NCBI GenBank assembly: GCA_964648765.1
Contig: CAZYLF010000001.1
Span: forward strand, 12,155 to 76,154
Source of the DNA: an uncultured Candidatus Saccharibacteria bacterium
GTDB taxonomy: Bacteria > Patescibacteriota > Minisyncoccia > Phycocordibacterales > JACOZG01
Length of the DNA stretch: 64,000 nt
Reading direction: 5' to 3'
In this document: in pieces, positions 1 through 8,481 of the stretch
Numbering within the stretch: position 1 is the stretch's first letter
How the letters are laid out: each line of letters begins with the position of its first letter
Made by a program: the position numbers and the translations under genes
The notes under the pieces: model-generated
What the model saw: the letters and a program-made list of their open reading frames with translations, nothing else
The model's database searches: none
What the model was told of the DNA's origin: nothing

Positions 1-51
1 CTGCGCCAGGCAGCAAAAGAACTATTGAAACAAACTTACTACGGAAGGAAT

Positions 52-2151
52 CTACGCGACAGCCAGAGCCTCCTCAATGTCGGCCGTCGAGCTCACCGGA
101 ACGATTTCCGCCCAGCTCACTCGCCGCAAACTGAGACTCGGCTCACCAAGTGAAGCAAGGCTCACAGTCTGCTCCATCTTGCCGGTCTTGCTATTCTTGA
201 CCGGTGTGGGAGTAATACCCTGGAACAGCTTGTTGCCGCTTTTCTCCATCGCAAACAGGATCAAGCGCTTAATGCAGCGCACCACCAGCAAACGCTTACG
301 CACTGCCTTGGCCTTCTCCTCAGCCTCTTCAAGTGCAGTCACCCGACTAAAGTCAGGGGTTGCCGCAACCTTAAATCCCTTGAGCTCATACTTAGAGGCC
401 GCTGCCGCGTAGCTGTCACTTGCCTCAACCTTAGTCCGCTCAGGATAAGATGGAGCAGTGCCCGTAGAAACGCGAAGCGCCTTCACTCGGGCATTGATCG
501 CCTTCTGCTCGGCCTCCAGCATGATCTCTTCCTTCATCAAATCAATAAGGCCAAGTCCCTTAGGGTTGGCCCATGAAGAAACAATCATCGGCAACACTGT
601 GAGGTCAAGCGTGAAGAGCTTAGTCTCCGAAAACCGGAGATTGTCAGCGATCACGCCCCACTTCTGACAAAGCTCAAAGGCCTTCTTTGTAAGATAGGCT
701 TCGAGAGTGTCTTGGTGGAGACTACCGTCTTTGATAATGACGTAGTTCCGGAAACGCTGTCCGTCAACCCACTTGCCGGTATCCTCATCCTGTTCCTCCA
801 CATCAACTTCCGTCTTCATGGAGAAATTGAATCGTTCCTGATTCGACTGAATCTCAGTCATCTTGATCTTGGCATTCGGCTTGGGACGCACACCTTTTTC
901 GATCACCGTGGCGGTGGTCTTTTGGTATGTGCCACGAGGGATGAATACGGTGCAATCTTCTTCAAGAAGCACCCGAAGTAAATTGACCACACAAGCGGCC
1001 TCACCAGCTCCGATAAACTTCTTGGTTGAGTAACGCTGACGGATACCCGTGTCGATAATGATTCGACGCAATTGATCCCCCACCTCGAGACGTTCTCGGT
1101 CGGTGTAAGCACTGCCCGCCATCATGCCAAGCATGTTCTGCCCAGCTTCCTGGAGAATCTTGGATGATGCAACCAGATCACCAGTTTGGAATGCCCACGA
1201 GGCAAACGCCAATGAGGCATCCAGCGCACCACCTTCAGACAAAGCCTTGGTGGTAATCGGTTCGGCATCAAACGCCTCGCCGTTCACCTTGCCACTCATG
1301 GTCAGGCTAGTTGTCCCGGTTGGGAGAACCACAAACAATGTGACCTCACCATCGTGGAGAGACCGGAGTGTTGCCACTCCATTATCCCCAACTCGATCCA
1401 CTTGCGGAGTTGCTCGGAGAACCATTCCTGGCTTCCCCTTGCCGCCCGTAAATGAAAGTTGCGCGTCAACAAAACTTGTTGCGCGACCAGTGGCCAGAAT
1501 ATCGCTAATCACCGGACCAAAAAGTCCGATGTCATTGATATGCCGATTAACACCAGTCCCACCATTTTTGCGAACGAGATCAGCCAGAAAGCTGGCATTG
1601 TAATAATTGCCGTAACCCAAAGTGGACAAGCTTGCGTCGTGGCTCAGACCCAAAGTTTGAGCATGTTCCACAGACTGCGCGACCTCTTCAGCCTCACTCC
1701 AACGAGAGGGTACGGGGCAACCATCAGTAAACAACATCAAATGATGTTGTAGACCACCAGCATTTTCCACACTCTCAATCACCCGCTCCAGACCTTCTGA
1801 AAACACGGTGTTGCTGAGAGTGTGAACGGCCCCAATTTCTTCAACCAGCTGCTTCTTCCCCCGAGCATCGCAGACCAAAGGACCAGCCAAAAGCTTGGCT
1901 TGGTCGTGACCGCTAAAGATAATGATCGAGGCCAGGTCAGCGGGATTCAACGTGCCGATGAAGGCTTGCAGATCCCTCTTTACCTGATTCAACGCCCAGG
2001 CCATCGAGCCTGAAACGTCCCACTGAAGTAGCCAATGTACTGGCCCAGCAGTTGGTGGCCGACTTGCCCTCAGAACGACTTTTGCCACCGTGTTACCGGT
2101 GGCTTTAAGAGTACCCAACTCGCAACTCACGACCTTCAGATCGTTCCTCAA
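52..2151 (-). CDS. VWA domain-containing protein with long uncharacterised C-terminal region
   Basis: MIDAS motif DVSGS...T...LFTDG in N-terminal ~200 aa; SD AAGGAG upstream of TTG start. Confidence 0.8.
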   Translation of the reverse strand: MRNDLKVVSCELGTLKATGNTVAKVVLRASRPPTAGPVHWLLQWDVSGSMAWALNQVKRDLQAFIGTLNPADLASIIIFSGHDQAKLLAGPLVCDARGKKQLVEEIGAVHTLSNTVFSEGLERVIESVENAGGLQHHLMLFTDGCPVPSRWSEAEEVAQSVEHAQTLGLSHDASLSTLGYGNYYNASFLADLVRKNGGTGVNRHINDIGLFGPVISDILATGRATSFVDAQLSFTGGKGKPGMVLRATPQVDRVGDNGVATLRSLHDGEVTLFVVLPTGTTSLTMSGKVNGEAFDAEPITTKALSEGGALDASLAFASWAFQTGDLVASSKILQEAGQNMLGMMAGSAYTDRERLEVGDQLRRIIIDTGIRQRYSTKKFIGAGEAACVVNLLRVLLEEDCTVFIPRGTYQKTTATVIEKGVRPKPNAKIKMTEIQSNQERFNFSMKTEVDVEEQDEDTGKWVDGQRFRNYVIIKDGSLHQDTLEAYLTKKAFELCQKWGVIADNLRFSETKLFTLDLTVLPMIVSSWANPKGLGLIDLMKEEIMLEAEQKAINARVKALRVSTGTAPSYPERTKVEASDSYAAAASKYELKGFKVAATPDFSRVTALEEAEEKAKAVRKRLLVVRCIKRLILFAMEKSGNKLFQGITPTPVKNSKTGKMEQTVSLASLGEPSLSLRRVSWAEIVPVSSTADIEEALAVA

Positions 2152-2243
2152 TTGTCACTTCTCCTTCCTTGATGTCAAAGATCTACAGCACGAGGGCAGC
2201 GCTTTGCTGACCTATAATTCGTGCTTAAATCCTCCCGCCTGAG

Positions 2244-2272
2244 ACCATAGCAGATAACTACATTTTAGTCAA
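2244..2272 (-). promoter_or_regulatory. sigma70-type promoter of VWA gene
   Basis: minus strand TTGACT-N17-TATGGT with TG extension. Confidence 0.55.
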
Positions 2273-2284
2273 TAGGGGGTAAAT

Positions 2285-3232
2285 CTAACTCTTTATTTCT
2301 GGAAAATATTTTTCGATATAGTTCACCACTTGGGAGTAGCCATTTTTATCTAACCATTCACGAGCAGTGGTAAAAAGACGTACTGCCTCGCAAAAATTTT
2401 CTTCATAATCTTTACCCCCTCCTTTATCATATTCTTTTGCGTAAGCCGTAATGTCACCAAGCTGATCAACTATCTCTTCCCACTCTTTTTTGTGTGGCAT
2501 CTTTTTTATTAAGTGCTCAAAAATATTATGAGCAATCTCGTGGGCAAGTGATCCAAGTGCATAAAGTTTAGATCGCTCAACTTGAGGGGTTAACGATAAG
2601 TACTCTAAACCTACCTCTTTTAATTTATTATCTTTGATGCCCTTGTTCTCTTTATCAAATTCTTGATTATAAATAACTACAGGTGTGGGTAATACATTCC
2701 CAGGGTCTACTAAAGTTATTTGTAATAGTTCGTTGGTGGTAATACTGTTCCAAATGCTATAGCTTTCCGCACGATAAATATATTCTTCAAAATGCTTCTT
2801 CTGTTCCAAGGAGAGTTGCCCTAAATACTTAACGAAGACTTCTTTGGGAATATAGTAATATCTCCCCGCAGGTAATCCAAGAAAATTATCTTCTTGAGAC
2901 TGATAGTAAACATCATTCAACCTAATCTTAATTGATGACACCAGTGCTTTACGTAAAATGTTCCCCTCGAAATGAGTATCGACAAACTCTCCCAACTCGG
3001 TATCAGTAAAAAGTTGTTCATCATTACTCTCAACAACAATCTCTGGCTCAGCAATTTTATCTAAAGTTTTTTTGTAAGGATAGAGCTCATTATTTTCAAA
3101 CTTTTTAACCAAATCACCCACTACCTCCATTACCAAACCAGTATTATCATATTGTTCAAATTCCAATCTCATTTCTTCCAAACTAATGGGAGGACTTTCT
3201 TGCTCCACAAACTGCTCCATCTTTAAATTCAT
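2285..3232 (-). CDS. hypothetical protein with zincin-like metallopeptidase motif
   Basis: LAHEIAH plus downstream EENFCE (gluzincin-like third ligand). Confidence 0.55.
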   Translation of the reverse strand: MNLKMEQFVEQESPPISLEEMRLEFEQYDNTGLVMEVVGDLVKKFENNELYPYKKTLDKIAEPEIVVESNDEQLFTDTELGEFVDTHFEGNILRKALVSSIKIRLNDVYYQSQEDNFLGLPAGRYYYIPKEVFVKYLGQLSLEQKKHFEEYIYRAESYSIWNSITTNELLQITLVDPGNVLPTPVVIYNQEFDKENKGIKDNKLKEVGLEYLSLTPQVERSKLYALGSLAHEIAHNIFEHLIKKMPHKKEWEEIVDQLGDITAYAKEYDKGGGKDYEENFCEAVRLFTTAREWLDKNGYSQVVNYIEKYFPEIKS

Positions 3233-3237
3233 ATATA

Positions 3238-3603
3238 TTAAAGATTATCTAAAATAACTAAAATTTGCTCTGCCAGATCTTCAGTTTTCACACTCTGGCC
3301 AGCCATTAAAAGCGCTTCCTCAAGAGCGCTTATTCCTCTCGCCTTTTCTCTTGCCGAATCTAGACAAACTTTGGCAATCTTAATTTCAGCTTTTATATTT
3401 GCTCGGTTAGGGAGGTCTAAATCGTCGGGATTACTTTTAACTTCTTGATCTACTTCTGCGTGCACCCGATCAACATATTTTTGTAATAATATTTTTGTTG
3501 GTTCATGATCAACACCATTAGCACTGAGGGCCTCAACTACCATTCCTTCTAAAGCTCCAAAATCCTCAAGTGAATTAAATGATTCTTGTGACATAACTAC
3601 CAT
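3238..3603 (-). CDS. hypothetical acidic helical protein
   Basis: ORF co-oriented with and 5 nt from the next gene. Confidence 0.6.
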   Translation of the reverse strand: MVVMSQESFNSLEDFGALEGMVVEALSANGVDHEPTKILLQKYVDRVHAEVDQEVKSNPDDLDLPNRANIKAEIKIAKVCLDSAREKARGISALEEALLMAGQSVKTEDLAEQILVILDNL

Positions 3604-3635
3604 TATAAGGTAAATATCACTAAATTGAGAAGTAT

Positions 3636-3666
3636 AAAAAAACTCGGAGGAATAAAACCTCCGAGT
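3636..3666 (-). terminator. intrinsic terminator
   Basis: actcggagg-loop-cctccgagt hairpin; A-run on + strand gives U-tail on - strand. Confidence 0.65.
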
Positions 3667-3672
3667 AATTGC

Positions 3673-4347
3673 CTAGACCTCTAATTTACCCTCCCAAGGG
3701 ACAACCGATCGATCCAAAACCAAACGAGACTGGCCATTGGATCCTTGCACTCCACGGTAAATTGTTACGGAAGCGTTAGCGTAAACCTTTCCATTGTAGC
3801 GCGCTACTGCCTCCTCAATTGAAAAGTGTTCAATCAGACGCTGAAAAAGAATCAGCCAGTGCCCATGGACTACCATCATGACCTTCTTCCCACCATAATC
3901 TCGAAAGAGGGTGCCTAAGAAGCTGTGAATTCGTAATTCCACATCGGGCCAATTTTCTCCGCCTATCGGTCTATAATGATAAAGACCTTCTCGCTCCTTC
4001 CTGATAACCTCAAAAGGGAGAGACTTTTCTACTTGCTCTTGAGTCATCACATGCCAGATACCTCGCTGTGCTTCTGCAAGCCTTGGGTCCTCATAAATTT
4101 TTGCATCAGGAAACATCTTCCTCATGGTCTGCTTAGTGCGAATATAATATGAAGAGTAGTAAGCATCAAAACCTTCAGGAAACTCATCATTTAGGTAACC
4201 GCCTGTGATCTCTGCCTGTCGATCACCTAAAGAAGTAATCCCATATTTATGAGTTCCAACATCACACTCCGCACGCTCATCAGCAGATAAAACATTACCT
4301 TTAGATTCAGCGTGTCTTACTAAAACCACCACTTCCGGCCATGCCAT
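3673..4347 (-). CDS. histidine phosphatase (phosphoglycerate mutase-like) family protein
   Basis: LVRHAES (RHG-like motif), RTKQT, GGE, VVHG. Confidence 0.85.
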   Translation of the reverse strand: MAWPEVVVLVRHAESKGNVLSADERAECDVGTHKYGITSLGDRQAEITGGYLNDEFPEGFDAYYSSYYIRTKQTMRKMFPDAKIYEDPRLAEAQRGIWHVMTQEQVEKSLPFEVIRKEREGLYHYRPIGGENWPDVELRIHSFLGTLFRDYGGKKVMMVVHGHWLILFQRLIEHFSIEEAVARYNGKVYANASVTIYRGVQGSNGQSRLVLDRSVVPWEGKLEV

Positions 4348-4351
4348 AAAA

Positions 4352-4801
4352 TTACTCCTGTTTAGCTACAATTTCTTCTCTCAACTTCATCCAGATTCTG
4401 CCCAGATGATTTTGTCCCTGGTGATCTGGACCACGACCCCAAAAGGCATCTTTGGGCGAATCTTCTATCATTTTCCGCTCTCCTGTTTTGATTAACTTTT
4501 CGCGGATATATGGATGCTGTTCGAGTTTAGCTCGCAAAATTTCCTCCATAATCGCCACATTCACCTCGTGCCAATCCGGCCGCTTTTGCTCGTCATACTG
4601 CTCAGCTATTTTTTTAGCCATATGAGCGGAAGTGGCCTTCCTAATCCCCTCCTGCAAAGTTGGGTGATTAAACTTGGCCGCTTGGTAAGCGTGTTCCGAT
4701 GTCGGCCAGAGTTTACCTCGCCATACTACGGCGAATGAGGCAAAGTTAGAGAACATGTAAAACGGACCTTCGTAGAATTTAACAGGCTCCAACGTTTCCA
4801 T
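4352..4801 (-). CDS. NADAR (YbiA-like) N-glycosidase
   Basis: FSNF, WPTSEHAYQAAKF, AKLEQH, DAFWG...GQNHLGRIWMKLR. Confidence 0.9.
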   Translation of the reverse strand: METLEPVKFYEGPFYMFSNFASFAVVWRGKLWPTSEHAYQAAKFNHPTLQEGIRKATSAHMAKKIAEQYDEQKRPDWHEVNVAIMEEILRAKLEQHPYIREKLIKTGERKMIEDSPKDAFWGRGPDHQGQNHLGRIWMKLREEIVAKQE

Positions 4802-4831
4802 AAATCAGCTCCTTTGTTTTAGGCACTAGCT

Positions 4832-5215
4832 TTAGTTAACCTTATTGACTCTTTCAATAAGGGCCGATAAACCAAGACTATGTGAGGACTTGCCTTCCTC
4901 CCCGCTACGGATAATGAACCAGCAATGAATATGCTTAACACGTTGCCCAGCTCGCACCCCTTCGTTATAACTTAAATTGAAGTCGGTCTCAATTTTTTCC
5001 GCCTCTGCAAAAAAATCCCTGAGCAGACAATTCACGGATTCTTGCCACCCGTCTGGCAAATCAAAAATAGATTCAACATGTGCCTTAGGAATAATGAGGT
5101 AGCGGCCGGGCAGAGGTTGCTGGTCACTACCCAACGCCGCGATCAAATATGCGATTTGGTTTTCCTTAAGAATCTTGACCTTTCCGTTTTGAACACAAAA
5201 TGGGCACTCGAGCAT
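4832..5215 (-). CDS. HIT family nucleotide hydrolase
   Basis: CPFC, LIIPKAH, AGQRVKHIHCW (third His of HxHxH replaced). Confidence 0.8.
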   Translation of the reverse strand: MLECPFCVQNGKVKILKENQIAYLIAALGSDQQPLPGRYLIIPKAHVESIFDLPDGWQESVNCLLRDFFAEAEKIETDFNLSYNEGVRAGQRVKHIHCWFIIRSGEEGKSSHSLGLSALIERVNKVN

Positions 5216-5299
5216 TTACGTATCTCCTAGTATTAACACTAACAAAGTCCTACCAACCCCCACCCTAGCAGAGTTCAGGAGAATTTTCAAAAATTAAAA

Positions 5300-5372
5300 G
5301 GGTGCCTAGTGGGAATCGAACCCACAACGCCGCTTCCACAGAGCGGAGTTTTACCACTAAACTATAGGCACC
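5300..5372 (-). tRNA. tRNA-His(GTG)
   Basis: cloverleaf; anticodon arm CCGCT-CTGTGGA-AGCGG; T-loop GTTCGATTC. Confidence 0.93.
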
Positions 5373-5375
5373 ATA

Positions 5376-5897
5376 CTATTTATACGTTGGCGGCTCCTCA
5401 GTTATACCAGACTCGTGGTTAACGAGTCTAGCTAAAGCGTAAAGGAGAGACGACAAACGATTGAGATAAGCCATCGAATGCTCCCCCATTTTACGCACAC
5501 CTTCTTCGTTCACCTGCACCACTCGCCTCTCCGCGCGACGCGCCACGGTGCGCGCAAAGTCGAAGAGTGACGCTACTTCCGTACCACCAGAAACAAAGAA
5601 GGTTTTAATTGGTGGCAATTTTTTCTCCACTTCATCAATCACCGCTTCCACTGCCTTCACCTTATCTTCCGTCACGGTTTTGTCAGCTCCGGCAAGTTCG
5701 GCTTGAATGATAAAGAGAGTTTGCTGCACGCCGCCAATTAATTCCGCCTTAGCACTCTTAATTTTACAAAGTCCAAGCAAAGAATTAATTTCGTCTAAAG
5801 AACCAAGAGCCTCGGCAATAGCCGAGGACTTGGAAACACGTTGATCGCAACCAAAAGTTTTAGTTGTTCCACTGTCCCCTTTACGTGTGTATAGCAT
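5376..5897 (-). CDS. ATP:cob(I)alamin adenosyltransferase, PduO type
   Basis: YTRKGDSGTT, GSLDEINS, RTVARRAER, YLNRLS. Confidence 0.9.
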   Translation of the reverse strand: MLYTRKGDSGTTKTFGCDQRVSKSSAIAEALGSLDEINSLLGLCKIKSAKAELIGGVQQTLFIIQAELAGADKTVTEDKVKAVEAVIDEVEKKLPPIKTFFVSGGTEVASLFDFARTVARRAERRVVQVNEEGVRKMGEHSMAYLNRLSSLLYALARLVNHESGITEEPPTYK

Positions 5898-5932
5898 ATG
5901 TGGACTATACCACGTTTAAGGGAAAAAGGAAA

Positions 5933-6454
5933 TTATCGAGTGACTGAGATCGCTGTTGTGCTCTCAGCGTCACACGAGCCCACTGTTACAGAACCATTAA
6001 CACTTCGGCTCATGTAATAACCCGTACGAGCTGTTGTCCAACTACCTGAACCATTTGGATTAACTGGCATTTTGCCCAAATAACCTTCGTCTACAAGCGA
6101 TTGAAGATTTACACAATTTGCAGCTGCGGTAACGAAGGAACATCCAGTATCGCAAGCGGTAGTCGTTGTTCCATTACTGATTTGATAATTAGTGACCGGA
6201 TTAGTAACAACGGCGGATGGCCCAGTGCCAAAGAAACGTAAACCATAAGCATACGCTCCACGATTATCAACTTGGTCAACTTTAATAGCCGAGAGAATGG
6301 CGGTAACATCAGTCCAACGGCTAGCATCGCGTGCATCACGGAAGCGAGTTAAAGGATCTAGAGACACAAACACAACACCAGCCAAGATCGCAATGATCGC
6401 GATAACGATCAAAAGCTCAATTAAGGTAAATCCCTTCTTAAAATTTTTCTTCAT
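5933..6454 (-). CDS. type IV pilin (likely major pilin)
   Basis: class III signal KKGFTLIELLIVIAIIAILA; C-terminal Cys residues. Confidence 0.9.
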   Translation of the reverse strand: MKKNFKKGFTLIELLIVIAIIAILAGVVFVSLDPLTRFRDARDASRWTDVTAILSAIKVDQVDNRGAYAYGLRFFGTGPSAVVTNPVTNYQISNGTTTTACDTGCSFVTAAANCVNLQSLVDEGYLGKMPVNPNGSGSWTTARTGYYMSRSVNGSVTVGSCDAESTTAISVTR

Positions 6455-6536
6455 AATAATGTAAATTTTTAATAAATTAACCGACTAATTATCACTTGAT
6501 TCTACAATACTTGCGCCAAATGCCTAGTGGATAACG

Positions 6537-7622
6537 CTATTTAATGGGGATATATGGGTCTCGACTTAGTCTTTCGCCTTTTATCCCCCTCATGGCCAAA
6601 CCTAAAGCCTCTAGATACAAATGAGCCTCGCTAGAAAATAGCGACCGATGCTCACCAGCCTGCACCAGAATTGGCGCAATGATAGGTAAAATAGTTTTTA
6701 AGCGAAACTCTTGATTAAAATATTCTGCTAGGCCAGGTAAACGCGCCGAGCCGCCAGCAAGCACAATTAATTCTGGTGGCAAACCGGCATGCGCCGACCG
6801 GTCAGCAAAAGTTGCGCGCATGTCAGCTAAAAGTGGGGCTAATTCCTTTTTAATAATTTGCCCAACTTTTGCCTCCGGACCATTTAGACCATTTTTTATT
6901 TTTAAAGCTTCGGCAGTGGGAGTAGGGAGTTTAAGTTCCTTAGCGATAGCTCCAGTTAAAACATCCCCAGCAATCTGATTAACAAATGTGTAATAAAGTC
7001 CTGACGGTCCAAACAAAGCAATAAATGTTTGCCTTGCGCCAATATCCACCAAACAGATATTTTTTCTAGGATGACTTGGCTCTATCCCCCGCCAGGTAGC
7101 CACCGTTTCAAGTTCAAAGGCATTAACCTTAACATTAATTGATTTGAAAAAGTTATCCCAAGTGGCCACAGCATCACTGTCGGCCACCAAAATTAACACC
7201 CTGGCTTTACCAGTGGCATCATCGATAATTTTGTGTGACACAATTTGACGCGCCCTAGGTAATGGCACATGCTTTTCAGCCATTTCACCCACCAACTCTT
7301 TAAGTGCCAATTTATTTGTCACCACCGTTTCATCTGGCACAAAATAATGAGTATAAAAATGCCGCTCGGGTAAACCAAAAGTAAAAGTCTCGCCCGTCAT
7401 TGAGAGGGGTTTGGCGTTTGCTAAAGTTTTTAAAACAATTTCAGCTAAGCGCTTCTCGTCTTTAATTAATCCTCCCACCACCACGCCAGCCGGTATAATT
7501 TGCCGAGCTAAAGATTTAATTTTTAGAGTTTTACCACGCGCGGCCAGCGTCACCACCTCAATGGCACTATCTGAAATATCTATTCCAGCCGACTTGTTTT
7601 CTCCCCAATTAAAATTAAACAT
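6537..7622 (-). CDS. pilM: type IV pilus assembly protein PilM (copy 1)
   Basis: actin-like fold motifs GIDISD, VDIGA, LAGGSARLPGL, ALGLAMR. Confidence 0.85.
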   Translation of the reverse strand: MFNFNWGENKSAGIDISDSAIEVVTLAARGKTLKIKSLARQIIPAGVVVGGLIKDEKRLAEIVLKTLANAKPLSMTGETFTFGLPERHFYTHYFVPDETVVTNKLALKELVGEMAEKHVPLPRARQIVSHKIIDDATGKARVLILVADSDAVATWDNFFKSINVKVNAFELETVATWRGIEPSHPRKNICLVDIGARQTFIALFGPSGLYYTFVNQIAGDVLTGAIAKELKLPTPTAEALKIKNGLNGPEAKVGQIIKKELAPLLADMRATFADRSAHAGLPPELIVLAGGSARLPGLAEYFNQEFRLKTILPIIAPILVQAGEHRSLFSSEAHLYLEALGLAMRGIKGERLSRDPYIPIK

Positions 7623-7633
7623 TTAAAAATTAA

Positions 7634-8059
7634 TTACTCTCCGTCTGTAAGTGCTGTAAGCAAAACCTGGTTGGGTAAAATGGAAATATTAGCAGAAAAA
7701 TATCTAAAATATTCATCCACATTTCCAGCCACAGTAATCCTCCGCAATGTTACACCAAGCGAGGTTACATTAATTATACACGAGCCTGCTGGGAGCGAGA
7801 GATTAATTGGTGAGATTGAGAGTCCATAATTTGGGTCATTCTTAATATTCGAAAGCGTTACCTCCAAACAACCTTCAACTAGCACCCTCGCCTCCTCTCC
7901 CCGAGAAAATTGATAACCAGAAGTAATTTGCGCTAAGCCAGAAAAGGACGATCCCATACCCACCGCGAGTAAAGCGGCGCTTAAAATAATTACAGTGATA
8001 AGGGCGATAAAACCTTTTTGCTTCATGGGGTTATTTTTTGGGTTACACTTGTTCGCCAA
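7634..8059 (-). CDS. PilX/GspK-like minor pilin
   Basis: QKGFIALITVIIL prepilin signal lacking Glu5; probable start at MKQKG (~8026). Confidence 0.7.
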   Translation of the reverse strand: MANKCNPKNNPMKQKGFIALITVIILSAALLAVGMGSSFSGLAQITSGYQFSRGEEARVLVEGCLEVTLSNIKNDPNYGLSISPINLSLPAGSCIINVTSLGVTLRRITVAGNVDEYFRYFSANISILPNQVLLTALTDGE

Positions 8060-8481
8060 TTAATTCCACTTACGTTCAAATTAATATTTATATTTGCGGA
8101 GCCACCATTGTCGAGTCTCCTAAAACTTAAACCTGAAACTGGCACACTTTGTGAACTAAGCGACCAAGAGTTACTGGCCTGATCGGTAGCCGTTAAAACA
8201 CCACCGATAACCTCAAAGGCAAGGGTCGTAGTGGAAGTAAGTTGTAATCTTAATTTATTTGAAGTTTGAAGCGGAAGTGGTTCAAGTATACTGATTGCCC
8301 CACGCGTTTTTGCTGAAATTAGATTTAGCATTACCCGAGTCTCGCCCACCATAATATTAGACCCACTTAAATCCTCGGCCGATGAAGTTACGCCGATAGT
8401 GTAATAAATAAAACTCACTAGCATCCCACTCACCAGCGCGAGGTAAATTAAAAGCTCAATTAAAGTTATACCTTTTTTCAT
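8023..8481 (-). CDS. minor pilin (PilW/GspJ-like)
   Basis: KKGITLIELLIYLAL. Confidence 0.8.
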   Translation of the reverse strand: MKKGITLIELLIYLALVSGMLVSFIYYTIGVTSSAEDLSGSNIMVGETRVMLNLISAKTRGAISILEPLPLQTSNKLRLQLTSTTTLAFEVIGGVLTATDQASNSWSLSSQSVPVSGLSFRRLDNGGSANININLNVSGINWRTSVTQKITP

